Source: a virus
Lineage: Duplodnaviria > Caudoviricetes
DNA length: 62,041 nucleotides
Reading direction: 5' to 3' (one strand)
IMG/VR virus record: IMGVR_UViG_3300032270_000816
Span: 1-62,041 of that record
The notes below the pieces were generated by a model. It searched no databases and had not been told where the DNA came from. It worked only from the letters and a program-made list of their open reading frames with translations. Positions 10,255 through 20,154 of the stretch are shown one piece after another; positions within the stretch are counted from its first letter, which is position 1; the number at the start of each line of letters is the position of its first letter. A program made the translations under genes and the position numbers.

Positions 10255-13200
10255 GTGAATTACGTAGGTTTGCATGTTCATACACACTATTCCTTGATGG
10301 ATGGTGTTGCTACTCCAGAAGAATACATTGACCGTGCAGTTGAGTTAGGAATGACAGCAATTGCCATTACTGACCACGGGACTTTATCTGGGCATAGGGA
10401 ACTGCACCGTATTGCAAAAGCAAAGGGCATCAAACCAATTCTTGGCATAGAAGGCTATTTGGCATTAGATAGACATGATAAAAGGGATAAGTCCGAAAGG
10501 GTAGGTCCACTTGATGTTAATTTTTTCCATATAGTTCTTCTTGCTAAGAATCAAAAAGGTTTAGAAAACCTCAATAAGTTAAATGAAATTGCATGGACAG
10601 ATGGTTTTTATCGTAAGCCACGAATTGACTTTGATGTATTAGATCAATATGGCGATGGACTTATTGTTCTATCTGCTTGTCAAGGTGGACTAATTGCAAA
10701 AGCTATTGAGAATGAAGAGTATGCTTTTGCAAAAGAAAAAGTTCAGTGGTTTAAGAATCGTTTTAAAGATGACTTCTACATTGAACTAATGCCACACAAT
10801 CCAAAGAATATCAACGATGAGCTTGTTGAATTAGCAAAAGCATTTGATGTTAAGGTTGTTGTTACTCCCGACTGTCATCATGCTGACACAAGTCAAAAAG
10901 AAATTCAGGAGATGATGCTCCTGCTAAATACCCACGGTAAAGTATTAAAAGAATCAACATTTGAAAAATCAAAGAAGATTGACAATATGATGGAACGTAT
11001 AGACTATCTATATGGTGAAGATCGTCAAATGTCATTTAGAAATTTTGACATTCATCTTCTTTCATATGAAGAAATGAAGTCTGCAATGGCAGAGCAAGGC
11101 CATACAGATAAAGAAATGTTTACAAGTTCTTTAGAAATTGCAGATAAGATTGAAGAATATGACATTAAGTCTGGACTTGACTTGCTTCCAGTTCAATATA
11201 AAAACCCAGACAAAGAACTAAAAGACCTTGCACTTGAAGGTTTGAAAGAACGTAAAGTAGATTCTCAAGAATACCTTGATCGTCTTGATGAAGAACTTAC
11301 AATTATTAAAGATAAAAAGTTTGGTCCTTACTTTCTAGTTGTTCGCAATATGCTTAACTGGGCAAAGAAGGAAGGAATCATGGTTGGTCCAGGTCGTGGC
11401 TCTGCAGCAGGGTCACTTCTTTGTTATGCTCTTGGCATTACTGACATTGATCCAATTAAACATGGACTTTTGTTCTTCCGTTTTATTAACCCAGAACGTA
11501 ATGACTTTCCAGATATTGATTCTGATATCCAAGACAATCGTCGTGATGAAGTAAAAGATTATCTAGTTAGACAGTATCGCCATGTTGCTTCCATTGCAAC
11601 ATTCATGCAGTTTAAAGATAAGAATATTGTTAAAGATGTGTCTCGTGTTCTAAATATTCCGCTTGCCGATGCAAACAAAGTAAACAAGCAAATTGATACT
11701 TGGGATGAATATTGCACCTCAAAGTCAGCAGCATGGTTTCGTGAAAAGTATCCAGACGTTGAGATTTATGGAGAACAACTTCGTGGTCGTATTAAGGGCA
11801 CAGGCATTCACGCAGCAGGCGTTGTAACATCTAAGGATCCAATCTTTAGATATGCTCCAATGGAAACAAGATCAGTTGCTGGCCAAGATGAGCGCATTCC
11901 TGTTGTTGCTGTTGACATGGGAGAAGCTGAAAATATTGGATTGATTAAGATTGATGCGTTGGGTCTAAAAACTTTGACGGTACTTAAAGACTGTATTGAT
12001 ATTATTAAAGATCGTGAAGGAACAAAAATTGATCTATTAAAGATTAATACGGATGATGCTAATGTATACACAATGCTATCAGATGGATACACAAAGGGTG
12101 TATTCCAGTGTGAAGCAGCACCATACACAAACCTTTTAATAAAGATGCGTGTAAAGAATCTTGAAGAACTTGCTGCATCAAATGCTCTTGTTCGCCCTGG
12201 TGCTATGAATACTATTGGTAAAGACTATATTGCCATTAAGCATGGTCGTCAAAATCCAGACTACAAGCATCAAATTCTTAAATCATTTACGGAGGAAACC
12301 TATGGCTGTATTCTTTACCAGGAACAAGTTATGCAAGCATGCGTACACCTTGGCGGTATGTCCATGTCGGAAGCAGATAAAGTTAGAAAGATCATTGGAA
12401 AGAAAAAAGATGCTAAAGAGTTTGATGAGTTTAAGGATAGGTTTGTATCTGGTGCGTCTGCTTACATCTCGCCAAACCAAGCCTTAGACTTATGGCATGA
12501 TTTTGAGGCTCACGCAGGGTATTCATTTAACAAGTCCCACGCAGTAGCATATTCAACACTCTCATATTGGACAGCATGGTTAAAGTACCACTATCCATTA
12601 GAGTTTATGTATTCACTATTAAAGAATGAAAAGGATAAAGATGCACGTACTGAGTACCTTATTGAAGCAAAAAGAATGGGAATTAACGTCAAGTTACCTC
12701 ACATTAACGAGTCAGATATTGATTTTAAGATTGAAGGTAAGGGTATACGCTTTGGTTTGTCGGGCATTAAGTTTATCTCAGACAAGATTGCTGAGAGATA
12801 CATGGCTGCTAGACCTTTTAAGTCATACGCTGAACTTGAGGAGTTTACGTTTACTAAAGGAAACGGAGTTAACTCTCGTGCTCTTCAAGCATTACGAATC
12901 ATCGGTGCAGCAACATTTGAAGACAGCCCACGTAATGATCAAGAGATTAAAGAAAATCTCTACGAGTATCTAAACCTCCCTGAGTTTAATATGCAAGTAC
13001 CTCAACACTACTATGCCTACATTCAAGAATCAGAAGACTACGAAGAGACTGGATCATTTGTTATGCTTGGAATGATTAAGTCAGTTAAGCGTGGTAAGGG
13101 TTGGTCAAGAGTTGAATTTCTTGATAAGACTGGTAGTGTCGGAATCTTTGATGATGAGAACACAACAATTGAAACTGGTAAAACTTATTTAATTCTTGTT

Positions 13201-13527
13201 AGTGATAACAGAATTGTAAATGCAATTCCTGCTGACAGCATTAAAGAATCAAAAGATGCTTTAGTAAAGTTTTTAAATTATAAGCAGTTGCCGTATAAAG
13301 GTGAAGAGCAGTTTGTGGTTTCTTTTAAGCCAAGAATGACTAAGGCTGGAAAAAAGATGGCAAACCTTGTTGTAGCCGATGCTGGCAGAGAACTTCACTC
13401 AGTTCTTGTATTTCCTACAGCATTTTCTAAAGCTTACATGACTATTGAAGAAGGAAATGTTTACAAGGTTTCTTTGGGTAAAACTAAAGATGGAACAGTT
13501 ATATTAGAGGATGTAGTAAATGTTTGA
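10255..13527 (+). CDS. dnaE: DNA polymerase III alpha subunit
   Basis: PHP motifs HVHTHYSLMDG and TDHG; GPGRGSAAGS, FPDIDSD, HAAGVV, KIDALGL and YSFNKSHA. Confidence 0.96.
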   Translation: MNYVGLHVHTHYSLMDGVATPEEYIDRAVELGMTAIAITDHGTLSGHRELHRIAKAKGIKPILGIEGYLALDRHDKRDKSERVGPLDVNFFHIVLLAKNQKGLENLNKLNEIAWTDGFYRKPRIDFDVLDQYGDGLIVLSACQGGLIAKAIENEEYAFAKEKVQWFKNRFKDDFYIELMPHNPKNINDELVELAKAFDVKVVVTPDCHHADTSQKEIQEMMLLLNTHGKVLKESTFEKSKKIDNMMERIDYLYGEDRQMSFRNFDIHLLSYEEMKSAMAEQGHTDKEMFTSSLEIADKIEEYDIKSGLDLLPVQYKNPDKELKDLALEGLKERKVDSQEYLDRLDEELTIIKDKKFGPYFLVVRNMLNWAKKEGIMVGPGRGSAAGSLLCYALGITDIDPIKHGLLFFRFINPERNDFPDIDSDIQDNRRDEVKDYLVRQYRHVASIATFMQFKDKNIVKDVSRVLNIPLADANKVNKQIDTWDEYCTSKSAAWFREKYPDVEIYGEQLRGRIKGTGIHAAGVVTSKDPIFRYAPMETRSVAGQDERIPVVAVDMGEAENIGLIKIDALGLKTLTVLKDCIDIIKDREGTKIDLLKINTDDANVYTMLSDGYTKGVFQCEAAPYTNLLIKMRVKNLEELAASNALVRPGAMNTIGKDYIAIKHGRQNPDYKHQILKSFTEETYGCILYQEQVMQACVHLGGMSMSEADKVRKIIGKKKDAKEFDEFKDRFVSGASAYISPNQALDLWHDFEAHAGYSFNKSHAVAYSTLSYWTAWLKYHYPLEFMYSLLKNEKDKDARTEYLIEAKRMGINVKLPHINESDIDFKIEGKGIRFGLSGIKFISDKIAERYMAARPFKSYAELEEFTFTKGNGVNSRALQALRIIGAATFEDSPRNDQEIKENLYEYLNLPEFNMQVPQHYYAYIQESEDYEETGSFVMLGMIKSVKRGKGWSRVEFLDKTGSVGIFDDENTTIETGKTYLILVSDNRIVNAIPADSIKESKDALVKFLNYKQLPYKGEEQFVVSFKPRMTKAGKKMANLVVADAGRELHSVLVFPTAFSKAYMTIEEGNVYKVSLGKTKDGTVILEDVVNV

Positions 13528-13837
13528 TCAGTTAGCAATTGATTTGCACAAGGTAGCAGTTGAAAAAGGCTTTTGGCCAGAAGATGTTGATGATATTTTT
13601 GTTGCTAAACAACTAATGATGATTGTATCTGAGGTTGTTGAAGTAATGGAAGCAGTTCGCAAAGATAAAGGCGAACATGAAATTTCCAAAGAGTTTGCAG
13701 ATATTATTATTCGCACACTAGACCTTTATGCAGGAATGGTTGAAGCAGGGTATACTAGAGATTCACTTGATCATATTCTTAAAGAAAAAACGGAATTTAA
13801 CAAGACTAGACCAGAGAAGCATGGGGTACGATTTTAA
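13520..13837 (+). CDS. MazG-like NTP pyrophosphohydrolase
   Basis: SEVVEVMEA...KEFADIIIR...K..FN..R motif. Confidence 0.8.
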   Translation: MFDQLAIDLHKVAVEKGFWPEDVDDIFVAKQLMMIVSEVVEVMEAVRKDKGEHEISKEFADIIIRTLDLYAGMVEAGYTRDSLDHILKEKTEFNKTRPEKHGVRF

Positions 13838-14850
13838 TGTCAGTAACAATGGAAGAAGTATTAGCACAACTAGATCCACGCATTCGTAAGCGCCTTGGAG
13901 ATGCTACAGATCAAAAGGTTGAGTATGCAGGAACACCTAGCTTTGGCATTAACAGGGCACTAAAGGGTGGCTTGCCTTATGGTCGTCAGGTTCTTATCTG
14001 GGGATCTAAATCTTCTGCTAAGTCTTCTTTGTGCCTTCAAATGATTGGTCAAGCACAAAAAGAAGGTAAGGTTTGTGCATGGATTGATGCAGAAATGTCT
14101 TATGACTCCGCATGGGCTGAAAAACTTGGGGTAGATTCAAAAAATCTTATTTACTCACAAGCAAGAACTATCAATGAGATGGTAGATGTAGGAACCAACC
14201 TAATGAACGCAGGAGTTGATATAATTGTCATAGATAGTATTACCTCACTGCTACCTGCCATTTATTTTGAGAAGGATACAGATGAACTTAAACAGCTTGA
14301 GAACACAAAACAAATCGGCGCTGAGTCTAGAGACTTTAGTAATGCGTGGAAAATGCTTAACTATGCAAACAATAAAGTTAAGCCAACTCTGCTTGTTCTT
14401 ATCTCTCAGTCTCGCAACAATATTAGTGCTATGTATACTAGCCAGCAGCCTTCTGGCGGTCAGGCTACTAAGTTTTATTCCTCAACTGTTATTAAACTTT
14501 TTTCTTCCGAATCTGACAATCAAGCAATTAAGGGCAAGATTCAGGTAGGGGATAAATTAATTGAAGAAAAAATTGGTCGCAAAGTTAAGTGGGAATTACA
14601 ATTTTCTAAAACATCTGCTGGTTTCCAAAGTGGTGAATACGATTTTTATTTTAGAGGCGACAACGTTGGCATTGATGGTATCGGTGATCTTGTTGACACT
14701 GCTGAACTTGCTGGGCTTGTAGAGCGCACAGGTGCATGGTATAAACTTGAAGATGGAACAAAAGTTCAAGGCCGAGAAGGTTTTATCAATCGTGTCAGAG
14801 AAGATCTTGATCTACAAGAGTCTCTTAGAAGCAAGTTGTTGAATGTCTAA
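13837..14850 (+). CDS. recA: RecA-like recombinase
   Basis: GGLPYGR, Walker A variant GSKSSAKS, WIDAE, IVIDSI, SGG.A.KFYSS and GAWY. Confidence 0.92.
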   Translation: MSVTMEEVLAQLDPRIRKRLGDATDQKVEYAGTPSFGINRALKGGLPYGRQVLIWGSKSSAKSSLCLQMIGQAQKEGKVCAWIDAEMSYDSAWAEKLGVDSKNLIYSQARTINEMVDVGTNLMNAGVDIIVIDSITSLLPAIYFEKDTDELKQLENTKQIGAESRDFSNAWKMLNYANNKVKPTLLVLISQSRNNISAMYTSQQPSGGQATKFYSSTVIKLFSSESDNQAIKGKIQVGDKLIEEKIGRKVKWELQFSKTSAGFQSGEYDFYFRGDNVGIDGIGDLVDTAELAGLVERTGAWYKLEDGTKVQGREGFINRVREDLDLQESLRSKLLNV

Positions 14851-15022
14851 CGAAAAGTTTAAAGTTTTTAACGGTAAGTTTAATTGTCAATCGTGTAAAG
14901 AAGAAGTTAGGTCACTTCGCCTTTGGATTGAAACTGCTGACCTTACTTGGATGTGCTCACAAAAACATATATCAAGGGTTCCACTAATTTTAACAAAGAA
15001 GGACTATGAGCGAAAGAAGTGA
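14843..15022 (+). CDS. Small zinc-binding protein, 59 aa (not in ORF track)
   Basis: MSNEKF...CQSC...WMCSQKH, overlapping both neighbours. Confidence 0.6.
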   Translation: MSNEKFKVFNGKFNCQSCKEEVRSLRLWIETADLTWMCSQKHISRVPLILTKKDYERKK

Positions 15023-15287
15023 GTCAAAAAGACTTGGAGCTAAACAGCACAAGAACTCTGGACGTGGCACACATAAAGGTGATGCAACTTGGAGAAACTT
15101 TACTGTAGACTTTAAGGAGTATCCAAAGGGTATAACGATAAATAAAGATATCTGGGCTAAAGCAGTTACAGATGCTATTAAAAATCATAACGATCCAGCA
15201 ATTTTTATTATTTTAGGCGAGGGTAATGCCAAGGTAAGATTAGCAGTAATTGAAGTAGAACTATTAGAGCAACTAACAGAGGGGTAA
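15006..15287 (+). CDS. PD-(D/E)XK Holliday-junction-resolvase-like nuclease
   Basis: E...NSG...KGD...VDFK pattern. Confidence 0.65.
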   Translation: MSERSESKRLGAKQHKNSGRGTHKGDATWRNFTVDFKEYPKGITINKDIWAKAVTDAIKNHNDPAIFIILGEGNAKVRLAVIEVELLEQLTEG

Positions 15288-15291
15288 CAAA

Positions 15292-15606
15292 ATGACTGAA
15301 ATAGGACCACAGCAAACAACACTAGATATGGTAAATGGTTTGACAGAGATTGCAGATTATATGCAAGACGAAGAGCTAACTGCTGCCCTAATATTTATTG
15401 CAAAGGTAATTATTAAGCCAGATATTCCAAGCCAAGTAGCAAGTATTGAGATTGTTAGACTACAGGCCATTGCAGCAAAGATGGCTTTTAAGGCTACTTG
15501 GATGGCTAATGTAGATAAGAATGATCGTGCAAAGAAGAACATTTATTACACAGCAGCGGAATCTATCAATAACTTGGTGTCAGCACTCAAGTATATAATG
15601 CGCTAA
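15292..15606 (+). CDS. Hypothetical helical protein
   Basis: GAGGGG SD, within the recombination operon. Confidence 0.6.
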   Translation: MTEIGPQQTTLDMVNGLTEIADYMQDEELTAALIFIAKVIIKPDIPSQVASIEIVRLQAIAAKMAFKATWMANVDKNDRAKKNIYYTAAESINNLVSALKYIMR

Positions 15607-15641
15607 CCTGCTATACTTATATAAACAAGGGGAATAAAAAA

Positions 15642-16475
15642 ATGACAAAAAGTTTACTAAAGCAGGTTATGTTAAAAGAAGCAGAAAAGAAAGAAGCAAT
15701 CACTAAGCAAAATACAATCTTCAATGCTGAGGATATGATAGCTAAGATTAATTCTGGATATACAGTTAGTCGTGGTCCAAAGATGACCACAAAGAAAACA
15801 TTTGCTCCATCAACAATTGCATATCAGCATGGCCAGTGTCCACGATACTGGTATCTTGCATTTAATGGTAATGTTTTTGATGATTACACAGACGCATATG
15901 GTGTTGCTAATATGAGTTCTGGAACAATGGGACACGATAGAATTCAAGGAGCAATGCTTGCTTCTGGTGTTGCTGTTCCATATGTAAATGATAAGGGCGA
16001 GAAGACAACAGAGTTCAAGGTTATTGCAAATGATCCACCAATCTTTGGTTACGGTGACGTAATGCTTAATTGGGAGGGTGAAGAAATCATTGGAGAAATT
16101 AAGACAATGATGAGTGAAGCTTTTGAGTATCGCAAGAAAACAAATAAGCCAAAGGCAGGACACCTAATTCAATTGCTTATTTATATGAAGATTCTTGGCA
16201 AGCAAAAGGGTGCACTTATTTATGAGAATAAGAATAACCATGACTTGATGATTATTCCAATAGAAGTAAATGATGGTTATCGCCAGTGGGTTGACTATGC
16301 TTTTAATTGGATGAGAGAAGTTCGCAAGGCATGGAATGATCAAACCATCCCAACAAAGAACTATCGTGGTAATTCAAAGATTTGTAAAACATGTCCAGTA
16401 AAGGCAGCATGTGCTGAAGCTGGAGATGGAACTATTAAGATTGCTTCTCTGGAGGAATTGAGTGAAACTTTGTAG
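15642..16475 (+). CDS. Cas4-like / PD-(D/E)XK exonuclease with Fe-S cysteines
   Basis: PS...CPR, G..D...EIKT, QL.IY and C-terminal CKTCPVKAAC. Confidence 0.85.
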   Translation: MTKSLLKQVMLKEAEKKEAITKQNTIFNAEDMIAKINSGYTVSRGPKMTTKKTFAPSTIAYQHGQCPRYWYLAFNGNVFDDYTDAYGVANMSSGTMGHDRIQGAMLASGVAVPYVNDKGEKTTEFKVIANDPPIFGYGDVMLNWEGEEIIGEIKTMMSEAFEYRKKTNKPKAGHLIQLLIYMKILGKQKGALIYENKNNHDLMIIPIEVNDGYRQWVDYAFNWMREVRKAWNDQTIPTKNYRGNSKICKTCPVKAACAEAGDGTIKIASLEELSETL

Positions 16476-16752
16476 CAGGTGTGATAATTATTTCACACCA
16501 AAAGTTTCTTACCAGATTTACTGCAGTGAATCTTGTAGAGACGAGGCTACAAAAGAAAAGATAGCAGAGCGCTATCAAGCAACTCGTAGACAAAAGAGAA
16601 TAGGCAAGATCAGAAAATGCTTGGGTGGTTGTGGAGTTGATCTTTCAATCTACAACGACTCAGGCTTTTGTTCTAATTGTAATATTAGTAAAAAAGCAGT
16701 TGATAAAATGTTAAAAGATTTAAAAGGATTTATTGAGTATGAACAAGACTAA
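16462..16752 (+). CDS. Cys-rich zinc-finger protein
   Basis: CSRC...YCSESC...CLGGC...CSNC. Confidence 0.65.
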   Translation: MKLCSRCDNYFTPKVSYQIYCSESCRDEATKEKIAERYQATRRQKRIGKIRKCLGGCGVDLSIYNDSGFCSNCNISKKAVDKMLKDLKGFIEYEQD

Positions 16753-17329
16753 ATGGGGTGGGCCAGTGCAACCAAATAATATTTGTGCCATAGATGCTAG
16801 CACTAATAGTCTTGCATTTGCTTTTTATTCGTTTAAAAACCTTGGAACTATTGGAAAGATTAACTTTACTGGTGGAGATATTTACGAAAAAGTAGCAGAC
16901 GCTTGCAAAAAAAGCAAAGGTTTGTTCGCCCAGTTTAATATGGTTGATGCAATTGTTATTGAACATACTGTTTTTATGAATAGTCCTAAGACTGCTGCTG
17001 ATCTTGCACTAGTTCAAGGTGCATTGCTAGGTGCAGCAGGTCTTTCTGGTATTAACACTTTTGGAAAGGTTTCTCCTATTACTTGGCAAAATTATATTGG
17101 TAATAAGAAGATATCAAAAGATGAGCAACTTTATATCCGTGCAAAGCATCCTGGAAAATCTGTTTCTTGGTATAAGACATATGAGCGTAACCTTCGTAAA
17201 GAAAGAACAATTAAGTTTATAAACACTATTTATGATAAAACAATTACTGATAATGATGTGGCAGATGCCTGCGGTATTGGTCATTGGGCTATTAATAACT
17301 GGGGCAAGGCAATTGGAGTTGACAAATAA
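16733..17329 (+). CDS. RuvC-like resolvase
   Basis: AIDAS, IVIE, P.TW and DNDVADACGI RNase H-fold motifs. Confidence 0.8.
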   Translation: MSMNKTKWGGPVQPNNICAIDASTNSLAFAFYSFKNLGTIGKINFTGGDIYEKVADACKKSKGLFAQFNMVDAIVIEHTVFMNSPKTAADLALVQGALLGAAGLSGINTFGKVSPITWQNYIGNKKISKDEQLYIRAKHPGKSVSWYKTYERNLRKERTIKFINTIYDKTITDNDVADACGIGHWAINNWGKAIGVDK

Positions 17330-17333
17330 CATT

Positions 17334-17489
17334 ATGGCTGCTAAACTATATACTAGTGAGACTTGGCTTCGTAAGAGATTCCTTATGGACAAAAAGTCAC
17401 CACAAGATATTGCAAAAGAGTGCGGAGCAAGCGTAGAAACTATCTATGTTTACCTTGCTAAATTTGGATTAAGGAAGTCAAAGAGATGA
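17334..17489 (+). CDS. Small HTH protein (start ATG 17334)
   Basis: WLRKRF...SPQDIAKECGASVETIYVYLAKFGL. Confidence 0.65.
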   Translation: MAAKLYTSETWLRKRFLMDKKSPQDIAKECGASVETIYVYLAKFGLRKSKR

Positions 17490-17605
17490 ATAGGTTTCAT
17501 AAGTTTGTAACATTTATTGCAGTTGTATGTACTGTTGGACTTACTTATGCAGTTTTTACATTAAAAGGAATGCCCGAAGCCTTTGATTGGGAAGATGATG
17601 AGTGA
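17486..17605 (+). CDS. Small membrane protein, 39 aa (not in ORF track)
   Basis: MNRFHKFVTFIAVVCTVGLTYAVFTLKG...*, with ATGA overlap to the upstream gene. Confidence 0.5.
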   Translation: MNRFHKFVTFIAVVCTVGLTYAVFTLKGMPEAFDWEDDE

Positions 17606-17840
17606 TAATTTAAACATCACGGTTGATCAAGTTAATCATCCACAACACTATACAACAGATCCTTCTGGAGTTGAGTGTATTCAGATTACTCGTCATCGTA
17701 ACTTTAATATTGGTAATGCATTTAAGTACTTGTGGAGAGCAGGACTTAAAGATGAATCAAAAACTATTCAAGATCTTGAAAAGGCAATATTTTATATCAA
17801 GGATGAAATTAATAGACTAGAGGGAAAGTATGTCAACTGA
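17598..17840 (+). CDS. DUF3310 / T7 gp1.7-like nucleotide kinase-family protein
   Basis: VNHPQHY...ECI...GNAFKYLWRAGLK...DLEKA. Confidence 0.8.
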   Translation: MSDNLNITVDQVNHPQHYTTDPSGVECIQITRHRNFNIGNAFKYLWRAGLKDESKTIQDLEKAIFYIKDEINRLEGKYVN

Positions 17841-18366
17841 AGAAGATCTAGTTAAACACCTTGATCAGGTAAACCAAGTTGTTGCAGAGTATCTTAAGGG
17901 TACTGACCCAACAAGAATTTCAAAAGAATTAGCAATCCCACGCACCCGTGTTGTAGAACTTATTAATGAGTGGAAGGTTATGGCTTCTGCTAATGATGCT
18001 ATTCGTGCCCGTGCAAAAGAAGCACTTGCTGCAATGGATGCACACTACAGCAAGCTTATTACAAAATCTTATGAGGTTATTGATGAGGCATCAATGACTA
18101 ATAATCTTAGCGCAAAGACTCAAGCAATTAAGCTTGTTGTTGATATTGAAAAAGCAAGAATTGATATGCTTCAAAAGGCAGGACTTCTTGAGAACAAAGA
18201 ACTTGCAGAAGAAATGGTTGAGATTGAAAAGCGTCAAGAAACTCTTGTCGCTATCCTTAGAGACATTGCTTCAACTCACCCAGATATTCGTGACTTAATC
18301 ATGTACAGACTTTCTTCTGTTGCAAAAGATGGGGAAGTGATTACAGTTGTCCACGATGTTCAATGA
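17830..18366 (+). CDS. Probable terminase small subunit
   Basis: N-terminal HTH plus helical oligomerisation region, overlapping the large terminase. Confidence 0.65.
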   Translation: MSTEEDLVKHLDQVNQVVAEYLKGTDPTRISKELAIPRTRVVELINEWKVMASANDAIRARAKEALAAMDAHYSKLITKSYEVIDEASMTNNLSAKTQAIKLVVDIEKARIDMLQKAGLLENKELAEEMVEIEKRQETLVAILRDIASTHPDIRDLIMYRLSSVAKDGEVITVVHDVQ

Positions 18367-20134
18367 TTTTTTTGAGGCACTTAAAAATAATAATTTTGAG
18401 GAAATGCCAGTAGATGCAAAGACATTTGTTGAAGGTGAAGCATACCTAAACCAACCACCACTATCTGATATTCAGTATGACATTGTTGAAGCAATGAGCC
18501 AAATCTACAGAGAAGAAGACCTTGTAGATATTTTGGGACCAGAAGAAGGTCATCGTTACTACAAGAAGTATACAAAGAACGAAGTAATCTTGCAACTTGG
18601 CAAGGGATCTGGAAAAGACTTTACATCAACCGTAGCATGTGCATACATAGTATATAAACTACTATGCCTTAAAGACCCAGCAAGGTATTTTGGTAAGCCT
18701 GCAGGAGATGCTATTGATATTATTAACGTAGCTATTAACGCTCAGCAGGCTAAGAATGTTTTCTTTAAAGGTTTTAAAACCAAAATTGAGAAATCTGAAT
18801 GGTTTGCAGGAAAGTATAACGCTAAGGCTGAAAGCATTGAGTTTGATAAAGCAATCACAGTTTACTCTGGTCACTCAGAAAGAGAATCACACGAAGGCTT
18901 GAACCTTATCCTTGCAGTCCTTGATGAAATTTCTGGGTTTGCACAAGAAGTTGGAACAGGAAATGATCAAGGTAAGACTGCTGATAATATCTATAAGGCT
19001 TTCCGTGCATCTGTTGATTCTCGTTTCCCTGATTTAGGTAAGGTTGCATTGCTTTCCTTCCCCCGTTTTCCTGGAGACTTTATCTCTCAAAAGTATGAAG
19101 ACTCAATTATGGAAAAAGAAACAATTACTTATACTCACCGTTTTATTATGAATCCAGATTTTCCAGATGACCTTGAAGGAAACTATTTAGATATTGCTTG
19201 GGATGAAGATCAGATTGTTGCATATAAATATCCTGGGGTATTTGCATTAAAAAGACCAACATGGGTAGTAAACCCAACAAGAAAGATTGATGATTTTAAA
19301 CTAGCGTTCTTTACAGACATGGGTGATGCCATGCAACGCTTTGCTTGCGTACCAACGTTTGCATCAGATGCTTTCTTTAAGCAAAAAGATAAACTTGAAA
19401 AGTGTATGACACTAAGAAATCCTATTGATAATAATAAAAGGTTTGATGAGTCATTTGTTCCAGACCCAAATAAGGTTTATTATGTTCATGCTGACCTTGC
19501 ACAAAAGCACGATAAGTGTGCAGTGGCAATTGCTCATGTTGATAAATGGGTAAACCTACAAGTAGTTAAAGACTATGAGCAAGTTGCTCCAATTATTATT
19601 GTTGATGCTGTAGTTTGGTGGGAACCAAAAGTAGAAGGCCCAGTCAATTTATCTGAAGTAAAACAATGGATTCAAAACCTTCGCAGACAAGGCTTTAATC
19701 TTGGAATGGTTACATTTGACCGCTGGCAATCATTTGATATTCAACAGGAACTTCAAGCAGTGGGAATAAGAACTGATACTGTTTCTGTTGGTAAGAAACA
19801 TTATGAAGACCTTGCAATGATGATTTATGAAGAGCGTGTTGCTATGCCACACATTCCATTATTGCTTGATGAAATGTCTGAGCTCAAGATTATTAATGAT
19901 AAAAAAGTAGATCACCCACGTAAAAAGTCAAAGGACTTATCGGATGCCGTAACTGGTGCGGTATTTGGTGCTCTATCTCATACACCAAAGAATACTAATA
20001 TAGAGATTGATATTCATACTTGGTCACGCTCATCGCAACGACTTGCAGAGCAAGAACAACGTATGGTAGAATTGGATACTAAGGAAATTCCTGAAGATGT
20101 TAGGGATTACCTTGGAAATTTCAATTTATTATAA
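18347..20134 (+). CDS. terL: Terminase large subunit
   Basis: Walker A GKGSGKD, Walker B AVLDE, nuclease motifs HADLAQKHD, TFDRWQS and DHP..SKDLSDA. Confidence 0.9.
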   Translation: MSTMFNDFFEALKNNNFEEMPVDAKTFVEGEAYLNQPPLSDIQYDIVEAMSQIYREEDLVDILGPEEGHRYYKKYTKNEVILQLGKGSGKDFTSTVACAYIVYKLLCLKDPARYFGKPAGDAIDIINVAINAQQAKNVFFKGFKTKIEKSEWFAGKYNAKAESIEFDKAITVYSGHSERESHEGLNLILAVLDEISGFAQEVGTGNDQGKTADNIYKAFRASVDSRFPDLGKVALLSFPRFPGDFISQKYEDSIMEKETITYTHRFIMNPDFPDDLEGNYLDIAWDEDQIVAYKYPGVFALKRPTWVVNPTRKIDDFKLAFFTDMGDAMQRFACVPTFASDAFFKQKDKLEKCMTLRNPIDNNKRFDESFVPDPNKVYYVHADLAQKHDKCAVAIAHVDKWVNLQVVKDYEQVAPIIIVDAVVWWEPKVEGPVNLSEVKQWIQNLRRQGFNLGMVTFDRWQSFDIQQELQAVGIRTDTVSVGKKHYEDLAMMIYEERVAMPHIPLLLDEMSELKIINDKKVDHPRKKSKDLSDAVTGAVFGALSHTPKNTNIEIDIHTWSRSSQRLAEQEQRMVELDTKEIPEDVRDYLGNFNLL

Positions 20135-20154
20135 AAATACTAACAAGGAGAAAA

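Noticed and set aside
15642-16475. Cas4-like gene as a sign of a CRISPR system
   Set aside because: No other cas genes and no repeat-spacer array. Solo Cas4-like nucleases are common in phage recombination modules.
7422-20134. Inteins or introns in DnaB, DnaE, RecA or TerL
   Set aside because: Protein lengths are normal, the motifs are contiguous, and no C...HN splice motifs or LAGLIDADG blocks were seen.
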